A DNA stretch of 46,615 nt from a virus (lineage: Duplodnaviria > Caudoviricetes): positions 1 through 46,615 of IMG/VR virus record IMGVR_UViG_3300028569_002232; one strand, given 5' to 3'. Within the stretch, counting starts at the first letter, position 1. The number at the start of each line of letters is the position of its first letter. Below, piece after piece: positions 36,954 to 46,294 of the stretch. The position numbers and the translations under genes are program-made. Below the pieces are notes generated by a model. That model was not told where the DNA came from. It searched no databases and was given only the letters and a program-made list of their open reading frames with translations.

Positions 36954-39257
36954 ATGGGAATGGGGCCTTATACCACTAGTAGCATTCAACCAGCTGAATA
37001 TTTTTTGCAGGCTCTCGAAGCTCAAAGATCCATAAATTCTCATATCCACGAGATTGAACCAAGTACCCCAATTTTTCTTTATGAAATAGATCTAAATGAA
37101 ATTAAACCTGCTTCAGTATCTTATCCAAACAAAAATGGGCCAGTTAAAGATGGAGTTATAAGAGTCCATAATGATTTCAATCTTTTTAATATAAACAGAG
37201 GAGTTATTTATTGGAGAGGAAACTATTACTTTCCTTTTCCAATTTATGGAGAACAATTTGATATTACTTCAAATGGTACGATTCCTACTCCAAGGATTAA
37301 GTTTTCTAGTCAATTTTTAGATGATGAATTTAATTCTTTTTATAAATATATAAGAATGCAAATCAATGAATTAAAAGACATAGTTGGTTCAAAAGTTACT
37401 AGAAGAAAAACGTTTGTAAGATATCTAAGTCCAAATAATTTTCCAGCAGGAGTTAATCCTTTTAACAATTTCACAGATACTCCTTGGGCCTCTAGAGCAG
37501 GAGACACCTTAACAGTCAGATCTCTTGAAAGACCTCCAATTAATTTTGCTAAATGGATAGTATATACAAGAAAATCTAGTCCAACAACAAATAAAATTTT
37601 TAGTCTTTTGAGAACAGACGATAGGTTAAGAACTTTAGATATAGATCTGCAAAAAATAAATCATAATGTAAGTTCTTTAGATTTTTTCAATTTATTCGTA
37701 AATGAGAACATCAACCAAAGTCCAGATGTAACTGATAGTTTTTCTTCAGACAATTTTATCATTCCCTCAAGCACAAACTATACTTTTATTATAAAAGACT
37801 CTACAAAAGAATTTAAGAAAATAAATACTTCCGCAAATATTAAAGTTCTGTGTTACTATAATTTTATAGTTTTCAGTAATTCGTCAAGTTCTACGATTAA
37901 TTACCCTATTTCATTTTCGGAATCAGGTTCTGAATTGGTAACTTTTTTATCTTTTAAGTCTCAAAGTGAAACGGTTGCAGAAAGATTTAATTACTCAATA
38001 TCATCTCAAAATTCTTCTAGTTTCACAGCTTCTTTTTCAAAAAACTTAAATAATACTTTTGATGTTAATTATTTGACCGTCCCAACAGGAATTTATACTG
38101 GTATCAATCCTGCTTCAAACGAAAATGCAAAACTTATTGCACTAAAATTGAGCAATAATTTTGGCTCATCAACTTCAGGAGAATACAATATTTTATTTCC
38201 CACGTCCTTCTCTAACGTACCTAAACTTTTATTTAATAGTTGGGGTACAGGATTCAAATATAATCAATACTTAAAAGACATTAGTTCAACTGGATGTGTA
38301 TTTGTGGCTACTCATACAGGAGATAACGTAGAGTTAGGAACTCAAAATATTAATTTAATTGCCACAGATTATATTGCAGAAGATTTAAACAGTCCAGATG
38401 ATGCTCAGATATATAATTCATATCATAATATGGCTAAGCTTTATTTGGATCAAATTAATAATACCCAAATTGATATTTATGAAGTAGAATTAACTCCTGA
38501 TATTTATTATATAGATAGAAAAGTGCAAGAAGATTCTCAAAACGTGATTTATGAGCTAGCATCTCTTCTCGATATAGAGGGTATAAAATTACCTGCAAGA
38601 GTTTTGCTATCTAAAAACTGTTCATTTACTTACCGAGGTGCAGGATGTTTGTACGAAAGATCTGACAGATTGAACAGAGTACATTCAGGAGTATACGGTT
38701 ATGTTGATCAAGTAGTAAAAGCTACAAATGATAATACAGTTACTAGATCCATAATTTCTGATTCTGAAAAGTGCAAAGGACTACAATCTGCACCTCCAGT
38801 AGCAAATGAATCAGATGAAACATTTAGTCAATATATAAATGGAAGCGGAGATGGTAGTCATTGGATAGACCGAGGTAATTGGCAACAAAATGTATCTTAT
38901 AAATATGGAAATTATATATATATAGAAAAAAATTATATTAAATTCTATTTTGTATGCAAAGACGCTCATATTTCAAATTCTTTAAATGCACCGCCTAATA
39001 GTAAATACTGGGAATCAGATACATGTTCTAAAAGTATAAATGGATGCAGATTAAGATGGAAAGAAAACATTAATTTCCCAAAATATAATCTTTCTGCTAA
39101 CCATGTTTATGGCATTAATAATGAGGACAAGATGATAGTAATGGATGTTAGATCTCCAATAGATATCAATGGAAAACAACTACCTGGTTTTCTTCCTTTT
39201 GGAGGATTCCCTTCTGTAGAAGGCAAATTCCAAAATCAACAGAGTCCTGGAGGATAA
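36954..39257 (+). CDS. minor tail protein, lambda gpL-like, with a large insertion
   Basis: LYEIDL, VTRRKTFVRYL..NNF, YYIDRK, YELAS.LD, C...YRG.GC, C.K...GC..R and PFGGFP. Confidence 0.85.
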   Translation: MGMGPYTTSSIQPAEYFLQALEAQRSINSHIHEIEPSTPIFLYEIDLNEIKPASVSYPNKNGPVKDGVIRVHNDFNLFNINRGVIYWRGNYYFPFPIYGEQFDITSNGTIPTPRIKFSSQFLDDEFNSFYKYIRMQINELKDIVGSKVTRRKTFVRYLSPNNFPAGVNPFNNFTDTPWASRAGDTLTVRSLERPPINFAKWIVYTRKSSPTTNKIFSLLRTDDRLRTLDIDLQKINHNVSSLDFFNLFVNENINQSPDVTDSFSSDNFIIPSSTNYTFIIKDSTKEFKKINTSANIKVLCYYNFIVFSNSSSSTINYPISFSESGSELVTFLSFKSQSETVAERFNYSISSQNSSSFTASFSKNLNNTFDVNYLTVPTGIYTGINPASNENAKLIALKLSNNFGSSTSGEYNILFPTSFSNVPKLLFNSWGTGFKYNQYLKDISSTGCVFVATHTGDNVELGTQNINLIATDYIAEDLNSPDDAQIYNSYHNMAKLYLDQINNTQIDIYEVELTPDIYYIDRKVQEDSQNVIYELASLLDIEGIKLPARVLLSKNCSFTYRGAGCLYERSDRLNRVHSGVYGYVDQVVKATNDNTVTRSIISDSEKCKGLQSAPPVANESDETFSQYINGSGDGSHWIDRGNWQQNVSYKYGNYIYIEKNYIKFYFVCKDAHISNSLNAPPNSKYWESDTCSKSINGCRLRWKENINFPKYNLSANHVYGINNEDKMIVMDVRSPIDINGKQLPGFLPFGGFPSVEGKFQNQQSPGG

Positions 39258-39258
39258 T

Positions 39259-40011
39259 ATGGAATTTAATATTCAAATTAAACATTTTATCAAAGAATTG
39301 GCTCAAAATAAAAAAAATGAAGAGATATGCGGACTTGTATATTTAGATAATAAAAATTATAAATTTCAAGTTTACCCTTGTCAAAATAGATCAAACGATA
39401 AGAAAAATAACTTCACAATATCTCCTCAAGATTTTCTAAATTGTTCGAGCTTAGGGAAAATTACTGCTTGTTATCATTCTCATATCAACGAAAGTGTTAC
39501 TTTTAGTGAAATAGATAAGAATAATAGCAATATGTATAACATTCATTATATATTATATAATATTAAGCATGATACTTTTAGTTTTCATACTCCTAACAAA
39601 GAGAAAAACCCTTATATTGGAAGACCATATATAATGGGGAAATCAGACTGTTTTACCTTAATGAAAGAGTACGCTTTAAAAGAAGAGAATGTAAATATAT
39701 ATTTTCCTGAAAGTTTATTTTATCCAAAACATTTAGACGATATCAAAAGTGTATATGAGGACAACTTCAAAAAACAAGGCTTTCTTAAATTAGATAAAAA
39801 TATAAAACTACAGAAATCAGACGGTTTAATGATGACTTTTCCAGGAGTTTCAAATGAATTCCCGACTCATGGAGCAATATATATAGATGATGGTTTAATC
39901 TTGCATCATCCTTTTAATTCTTTTTCTTGTGTAAATATATATGACGCTTTTTTTAAAAAGCATACGACTTATGTTTTAAGGTATAAGGAGTTAAGTAATG
40001 GTCAAAGTTAA
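39259..40011 (+). CDS. tail assembly protein K-like (JAB/MPN metalloprotease plus NlpC/P60)
   Basis: EEICG and YHSH....FSEID (JAMM motif); GRPY..G..DC..L, HGAIY and ILHH (NlpC/P60). Confidence 0.88.
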   Translation: MEFNIQIKHFIKELAQNKKNEEICGLVYLDNKNYKFQVYPCQNRSNDKKNNFTISPQDFLNCSSLGKITACYHSHINESVTFSEIDKNNSNMYNIHYILYNIKHDTFSFHTPNKEKNPYIGRPYIMGKSDCFTLMKEYALKEENVNIYFPESLFYPKHLDDIKSVYEDNFKKQGFLKLDKNIKLQKSDGLMMTFPGVSNEFPTHGAIYIDDGLILHHPFNSFSCVNIYDAFFKKHTTYVLRYKELSNGQS

Positions 40012-41326
40012 GTTACATGGAAATTTAGGCCAAGAAATTGGTGAGGAATGGAGTCTCAACGTAACCACCGTTGCAGAAGCTTTCAGAGCTATAGAAGTTA
40101 ATACTAAAAAATTTACTAAGTTCCTTATAAACCAAATTGAAAGCGATGCTAAATATGAGATATTAATAAATAATAGACCATTATGGATCCCAAATGCAGA
40201 AAATCTACCAACAGAAAACAATAAAATTAATAAAAAACATTTTGAAATGATGGCTCAATCTGAAATATTTATTGACTTTCAAGATAAATTAAAAACTATA
40301 GATATTATCCCTATTTTAGAGGGTTCTGGTGGTGGTGGAGGAGGTGGAGGGGGTGGAGGATGTTTTCCTGCAGGAACAAAAGTATCTACTCCTAACGGAA
40401 TTAAAAATATAGAAGACTTAAAAGAAGGAGATGAGATATTTTCTTTCGACAAAGACAAGAAGATACAAAAAGATATAATTCAAGAAGTTTTTCAACACGA
40501 AAATAATAAGATTTTAAAAATTACACTTTGGAATGGTTTAATCATAAGAGCCACAGGAAATCATTGGTTTTTAAATGAATATAATAGATTTAGTCCTTTA
40601 GAAAATTTTAAAGTAGGAGATGTTTTAATTCATGAAACTGGAGATGTTCTACCAATCGAAAAAATAGAGCAGGATCAAAATGAAACAGTATACAATTTTC
40701 ATGTATTGCAAAATCATACATATATTGCAAATAATATATTAGTTCATAATGGTGGAGGTGGAAAAGGAGGAGGAGGAGGAGGAGCAAAAGGCAGTTCAGC
40801 TCTGTCAGGAGTAAAAGGTATTTTTGGAATTTTTCTTTCTGTTCTTTTAGCTCCTCTTACGGCAGGAACATCTCTTGCATTTTTATCTATTTTAGCACCA
40901 GCTATATTAGGATTAGTTGCCCTTGGAGTATCTTTACTTTTAATGAAGCCGCCACCTATGGTAAGTCCTCAAGCAATTGCTAATCCTTCTGCAGATTTTC
41001 AAGCAAGTCCTGATAGTGGAGGAGGAGGAGAACCTTCTTATACTTTTAGTGGCCCAGTAAATACAATAGGAGAAGGAGGTCCAATTCCTGTTGGTTATGG
41101 AAGATTAATTATAGGTAGTCAACAAGTATTTAGTTCTTATGATCAATTATACCGTATTCAATCTAGAACAAACAAATACGAAAGCGATGGTAAACCTCCA
41201 ATTGGAGTAGGAGCAGGAGAACAAAATTATCCAACAAGAAGTTTTTTCTTTTCTCATTATGGATATCCAATGAATATTCAAGATATCCAAGGAAATTCTT
41301 TAGGAGAAGTTTCATTAGGAGTTTAA
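39998..41326 (+). CDS. tail assembly protein I-like (ubiquitin-like) containing a Hint domain
   Basis: N-terminal VKLHG.LG...G.....V.T.AEA.RAI...IDIIPILEG; hydrophobic segment; C-terminal SYTFSGPVNT..EG.PIPVGYGRL.IGS. Confidence 0.88.
   Translation: MVKVKLHGNLGQEIGEEWSLNVTTVAEAFRAIEVNTKKFTKFLINQIESDAKYEILINNRPLWIPNAENLPTENNKINKKHFEMMAQSEIFIDFQDKLKTIDIIPILEGSGGGGGGGGGGGCFPAGTKVSTPNGIKNIEDLKEGDEIFSFDKDKKIQKDIIQEVFQHENNKILKITLWNGLIIRATGNHWFLNEYNRFSPLENFKVGDVLIHETGDVLPIEKIEQDQNETVYNFHVLQNHTYIANNILVHNGGGGKGGGGGGAKGSSALSGVKGIFGIFLSVLLAPLTAGTSLAFLSILAPAILGLVALGVSLLLMKPPPMVSPQAIANPSADFQASPDSGGGGEPSYTFSGPVNTIGEGGPIPVGYGRLIIGSQQVFSSYDQLYRIQSRTNKYESDGKPPIGVGAGEQNYPTRSFFFSHYGYPMNIQDIQGNSLGEVSLGV
40361..40750 (+). 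other. Hint (mini-intein/BIL-type) domain, 130 aa, no homing endonuclease
   Basis: CFPAGTKV (block A), IEDLKEGD, ATGNHWF (block B TxxH) and VYNFHV..NHTY.ANNILVHN (blocks F/G); the +1 residue is Gly. Confidence 0.9.
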
Positions 41327-41330
41327 TTAT

Positions 41331-43376
41331 ATGCCAAAAAAATGTAAAGATTGTGATCCTAATAAATTCATAGAAGGACTAGCTTGGAGAGGTAAAAATG
41401 GTAGCTCTTATGACGGATATACTCTTTATAATGACGTAGGAAAACCTAGCTCTACTGATATAACATTAGCGGACGTTAGTGACTTAGTAGATGCTTATAA
41501 TCCAGCTTTTAGTCAAAGCACTTCTAATCCAAGTCCATTACCAGAATCTCCATCTAACTCAATATTAATTGAAGGAATCGATAGAGGACAAGGGTTCTGG
41601 TTTGTTTGGAGCCTTATAAATGGACTAGTTATGTACGGAACTCCTGGAGTAGCATTAACTTCTGCATCGATCACAAGTGATGCTGCTGTATTTACTAAAA
41701 TTGGAGATGGTTTTAATTTTTCTGTAACGTTAGATCAAGTTGCTTCTTCTTTAAATTATAATGATTTTGGAGAGATTGCAGATTCAAATAGTTCAGATAA
41801 ACTAAGATTTTCTAATAGTAATAGCTCAACAATTTCTTTGATTAAAGATAAAATTAATCGTGTTGGACGTTTCACAGGTATAATAAATAGTACACTAAAT
41901 GGTAATAGATATATCAAAAGTGGAAAAACTACAGTTCTAGAGACTTTCAAAGCTGAAAAAAGTTTAACAATCACAAGCAAAGATATAAATGGAAATGATC
42001 CTATTTACGTTACTAGTGCTCCAACTAAACATGCTTTTAAAAATCAAGGATTCTCTTATACTTTAACTACTAATCTAGCAGCTTCATCTTTTAATGCCTC
42101 TTTAGACTCAAATTCTTTAAATTTTTTAAGTAATTTAGGATTAGTATGGAATGAGAACTCTAAAACAATTACTGGCAATGTATCCTCAAATCTAGGAGAT
42201 GAGATTAAAAATTTTACTTTAAATTTTAATATAACTGGTCCAAATGCAGACGCAGGTAACAGAACTAATTTTAGTTTGGTAATATTGTATGGACAATATA
42301 ATGCATCAATTCCTTTGCCAACAATAAGTAATAAAAATTTTAATGGCAGTGTAGGAGCAAAATTTAGTGGTACTCTAGCTGGTTTAAACAACAGACACTC
42401 AGTTATTGGAATATCTTCTCTTCCAGAAGGACTTGTTTTTAATAGCTCCAGTAAAACCATAACAGGAACTCCAAAACATAGTGGTCTATTTTATGCATTT
42501 GCTAGCTGCTCTAATAGTAGAGGATCTAGCTCAACCGCTACTTTGGCATTCGCTTTTACTGCATATACTCTTAATAATAAACCTCAAGATAAAAGTTTTC
42601 CTAGTAAAATACAATTACCAGTTTACGATTACAATGTTTTAAAAAATAATAAGTTTACTCTAAATTTTTTCACAAATTCAGATGAAATAATTCAATTTAA
42701 AAAAATAAATAAAAATGAATTTGAGGAAATTAGAAAAAATGGTAAACCTACAAATATTACAAATGTTGGATTAGTTATACCACCAACGTCATTTACTCCA
42801 GGGAACGGGATAGAAGCTGAAAGTTGTTTTTGGATACAAGTAGACGATCCATCAACTTCAGCTAATAAAATTAAAGAATTTGATATTAAAATACAAGGCA
42901 ACTACGCTATAACTTATAGTTCAATTGGTTATCAAGACTTGCTGGGTAACGTTTGCTATACTCCAGACTCTAACTCAAGCGGTCCTGCTTCAACTCCATT
43001 TGTAGAAAGTTTAAGTGTCACTTGCACAAACACAATCAAATCTGGTCTTAGTGGAAATCCAGCAGAAAATGTTCCAACTGTTACTATTAGTCCAACGCAA
43101 ATAGAGCATCTAGTGGTATTTCTACCAGACGGAGCCCTTGATACATCATCAAGCTTTGTGACGGGTTCATTCTTAAGCAAGAGTAATCTGTTAAAGTATC
43201 CTAATGGAATTCCAGCTCAAAATGGTAGATCTTACAGATTTTATGTGCAATTTGCAGATACTTGCTCTTTTAATAATACTTATCAAAATTTTCTTATGTA
43301 TTTTGGCACATATTCTCCTAGCGCAGGAGATGTATATAGCTGCTGGTATGATCAACGGGTAGACGGGAAATACTAA
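41331..43376 (+). CDS. Ig-domain (He_PIG-like) tail-associated protein
   Basis: GLVWNENSKTITG and LPEGLVFNSSSKTITGTP..SG repeats; lies between I and J. Confidence 0.65.
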   Translation: MPKKCKDCDPNKFIEGLAWRGKNGSSYDGYTLYNDVGKPSSTDITLADVSDLVDAYNPAFSQSTSNPSPLPESPSNSILIEGIDRGQGFWFVWSLINGLVMYGTPGVALTSASITSDAAVFTKIGDGFNFSVTLDQVASSLNYNDFGEIADSNSSDKLRFSNSNSSTISLIKDKINRVGRFTGIINSTLNGNRYIKSGKTTVLETFKAEKSLTITSKDINGNDPIYVTSAPTKHAFKNQGFSYTLTTNLAASSFNASLDSNSLNFLSNLGLVWNENSKTITGNVSSNLGDEIKNFTLNFNITGPNADAGNRTNFSLVILYGQYNASIPLPTISNKNFNGSVGAKFSGTLAGLNNRHSVIGISSLPEGLVFNSSSKTITGTPKHSGLFYAFASCSNSRGSSSTATLAFAFTAYTLNNKPQDKSFPSKIQLPVYDYNVLKNNKFTLNFFTNSDEIIQFKKINKNEFEEIRKNGKPTNITNVGLVIPPTSFTPGNGIEAESCFWIQVDDPSTSANKIKEFDIKIQGNYAITYSSIGYQDLLGNVCYTPDSNSSGPASTPFVESLSVTCTNTIKSGLSGNPAENVPTVTISPTQIEHLVVFLPDGALDTSSSFVTGSFLSKSNLLKYPNGIPAQNGRSYRFYVQFADTCSFNNTYQNFLMYFGTYSPSAGDVYSCWYDQRVDGKY

Positions 43377-43378
43377 AT

Positions 43379-46294
43379 ATGGGATATTATCAAAGAATTT
43401 ACAGAAATACGACTTTATCAAGTTCATATGTTCCTGGTAATTGTGGAAGCGTAGTAAGCCAAGCAGGAGCCAACCAAGTAGTGAATAACTATGGCTATAG
43501 AATAGGAAATACTTTAAAAGATACAAAGGATATTGGTATTACTTCTTTAACAAATATATCTATCATGGATATTATAGCAGAGGGCCCAATTGAAGGCATA
43601 GTTGATTACGAAATTGTTCCAAATCCAGGATCTGTTTTAGGAGATATAGGATACAAAAATGGAGCTAGAATAGTCAAATATCCTGGAGTAAATTCCATTG
43701 TTAGATCCATATATTGGAATGAAATACCATTAGCAGATAATACATATCCAAATAAAGGCAGCTTAAACTTTGAATTTATAAGATTTAACTATGATTATGG
43801 AACTTCTGCTCCAAGACATACCGTAGTAAAAGAATTAAATAATATAGAAAATTCAGAACCTTTTTATGCTCGAAAAACAAACAACGGTCAACTTTTAGAA
43901 AGTCTAAGATTAAGAAATAATAGTACTAGCGAAATTATATCTGAAAAAATTAAATTACCTAGAAGATTAACTAGCACAAAAGTAGCTGGTACAAGATTAT
44001 TTGGCAAAAGATCTTTTCAAGATGGAACAACTAAAACTTATAAAAAATCACTCAACATATTAACAAAAGATTTGTATGGATTAAGGCTTCATATAAAAGC
44101 TACGAGTCTTTTCAAAAATATTGTAGATTTAACCATCTGGGATACTAGTGATCAAGCCGCTGCCAATTCTGTCACAGGCAGAATAGATCGTCTAGAAATG
44201 TCATTTAATCTTTATTTAAAAAGAATAGATTTTACTCCGAGCATCGGAAAAGTAGTAACTCTTGTGCCCAATCCTAATTATTCAGGAGTTTCAGGTGGAA
44301 CATATGTAATCAGCGAACAAGATTATTACGATCAATTTTGGAGACCAAATAATGATCCATTAGCTTTATATTGGCCACCAAATTGCGCAGGTTGTGGCGC
44401 AGGGCAGGAAGGACCAGATGGTTATCAAAGACAACCAGCAAATTATACAGAATTTATTAATGGAAGAACAACATATTCTCATAGACACGATGGTAAAGTA
44501 TATAATTCTTATGCAAGAGATGTAAATAGATTACAAAGAGATTTTAGATCAGCTTTACAAGATCATATAAATCAAAGACAAAGATTATTAGAAGGGGATT
44601 CAAAAGATTATGCTATATTAACAATAGTTGGCAAATTAAATCAAGGTCAATATATTGAAACTTTTGAGTGGACAGGGCTTAATAAATATACAAATTCTAA
44701 TACTGTTGGTTGGGAAATAGAAATTGAACCAACTTACACAGAGCCTGTGGATACTAATATAATAATAAAAAGCTCAATTGATTCAATCACAGAAATATAT
44801 GATGATTTTTTAGTATTACCTCATTCTGCTACTTTAGTAAACACATTTGATTCAAGATTTTTTACTAGCATTCCTCAAAGATCATATGATACAAGATTAT
44901 TAAAAGTTAAAATTCCGTCTAATTACGACCCATATTCTAAAACTTACAAAGGCATTTGGGATGGTAATTTTAATTTAGGGTGGACTGACAATCCTGCTTG
45001 GTGTTTTTATGATTTAGTTACTAATGACAGATACGGATTAGGAAAATATATTGATTCAAGTTTAACAGACAAATGGACTTTGTATGAAATAAGTCAATAT
45101 TGTGATCAATTAGTAAGCGACGGTAAAGGAGGTCTAGAACCAAGATTCACAGCAAACGTATTACTAAGCACAAGAGAAGATGCTTACAAAGTCCTAAATG
45201 ATATGGCTAGTATTTTCAGAGCGATTGTATATTACAACGCAGGATTAATATTTACATCTCAGGATAGGCCTAAAGAACCATTGTACATATTTAATAATAG
45301 TAACGTTAAAGAAGGAGAATTTACTTATAGCAACACTAGTAAAAGAGTGCGAAGAAATGTTGCTCTTGTGAGATACAATGACAAAGACAATTTTTACAAA
45401 CCAGCGGTCAAATACGTAGAAAGCAGAGAAGGACTAATTAGATTTGGAATTAAAGAAATAGAAGTTAGCGCTTTTGGTTGCACTAGCGAAGGACAAGCTG
45501 CAAGATTAGGTAAATGGACTTTATTATCAGAAAATTTAGAATCAGAATTAATCAGCTTTGAAACTAGTTTACCTGCTATGTATTTAAAACCAGGCGACAT
45601 TGTATATGTGCAAGACCAAAATAGACAAAATAAAATACTTGGTGGCAGAACTTACGAATTAAATAAGAATTATGCAATCTTAGATATAAAATATGAAGAT
45701 ATTTCTGGATTTTTACCAGCAATTAATGGTTGTAATTTTAATGTTCTCACCCCAGCAGGAAATATAGAAATTGGTACAGAAACTGGCAATTTAATTTTAG
45801 ACAATAGCAACAACAATACTTTAGTTAATATTGTAGATGAAAATGGAGTAAGTACTTTAGCATCTGGAATAAACTCTTCTTTGATTAGAAGAAAACAAGT
45901 ACAAACTATAAAGTATAGCACAGATTATACAGTTTCGAACCCAATCGATACAAATGTTTTTGGTCTTTATGTAAGTATGCAGCCAACTGGAGCTTTTGAA
46001 GGTTACACAAAAATAGATTTTGCAGGACAATGTTTAGATCAAACTCAACATACACTCATTCAAAATACAGTTTGGACAATAGAAATTAATCCAGATAATT
46101 ATGATTATACTAAAAGCCCAAGTACCAAAGGGCTGAGCGATCCAGATCCATATCCAGGAGCTATTTTAGAAGGCCACTTAGACAAAACTCAAAAATTTAG
46201 AGTTTTAGATATAGAAGAACTAGAAGAGTTTAGATATAAAATTACAGCATTACAATACGATGATAGTAAATTTGATTTAGGAGATAAGATCTAA
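43379..46294 (+). CDS. tail tip/host-specificity protein, lambda gpJ-like
   Basis: DIIAEGPIEG, IP.RSY....LKVKIPSNYDP, WTDNPAWCFYDL..N.RYGLG, EPRFT.N and AFGCTS.GQA.R.GKW.L. Confidence 0.92.
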   Translation: MGYYQRIYRNTTLSSSYVPGNCGSVVSQAGANQVVNNYGYRIGNTLKDTKDIGITSLTNISIMDIIAEGPIEGIVDYEIVPNPGSVLGDIGYKNGARIVKYPGVNSIVRSIYWNEIPLADNTYPNKGSLNFEFIRFNYDYGTSAPRHTVVKELNNIENSEPFYARKTNNGQLLESLRLRNNSTSEIISEKIKLPRRLTSTKVAGTRLFGKRSFQDGTTKTYKKSLNILTKDLYGLRLHIKATSLFKNIVDLTIWDTSDQAAANSVTGRIDRLEMSFNLYLKRIDFTPSIGKVVTLVPNPNYSGVSGGTYVISEQDYYDQFWRPNNDPLALYWPPNCAGCGAGQEGPDGYQRQPANYTEFINGRTTYSHRHDGKVYNSYARDVNRLQRDFRSALQDHINQRQRLLEGDSKDYAILTIVGKLNQGQYIETFEWTGLNKYTNSNTVGWEIEIEPTYTEPVDTNIIIKSSIDSITEIYDDFLVLPHSATLVNTFDSRFFTSIPQRSYDTRLLKVKIPSNYDPYSKTYKGIWDGNFNLGWTDNPAWCFYDLVTNDRYGLGKYIDSSLTDKWTLYEISQYCDQLVSDGKGGLEPRFTANVLLSTREDAYKVLNDMASIFRAIVYYNAGLIFTSQDRPKEPLYIFNNSNVKEGEFTYSNTSKRVRRNVALVRYNDKDNFYKPAVKYVESREGLIRFGIKEIEVSAFGCTSEGQAARLGKWTLLSENLESELISFETSLPAMYLKPGDIVYVQDQNRQNKILGGRTYELNKNYAILDIKYEDISGFLPAINGCNFNVLTPAGNIEIGTETGNLILDNSNNNTLVNIVDENGVSTLASGINSSLIRRKQVQTIKYSTDYTVSNPIDTNVFGLYVSMQPTGAFEGYTKIDFAGQCLDQTQHTLIQNTVWTIEINPDNYDYTKSPSTKGLSDPDPYPGAILEGHLDKTQKFRVLDIEELEEFRYKITALQYDDSKFDLGDKI

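Noticed and set aside
40361-40750. Canonical mobile intein with a homing endonuclease
   Set aside because: It is only 130 aa, has no LAGLIDADG or HNH motif, and its +1 residue is Gly.
1641-45921. Many 60-134-aa opposite-strand or nested ORFs in the track (e.g. 11418-11813, 20435-20668, 26181-26435, 36733-37035, 42056-42460)
   Set aside because: They lie mostly or entirely within well-supported genes, lack motifs, and look like shadow frames.
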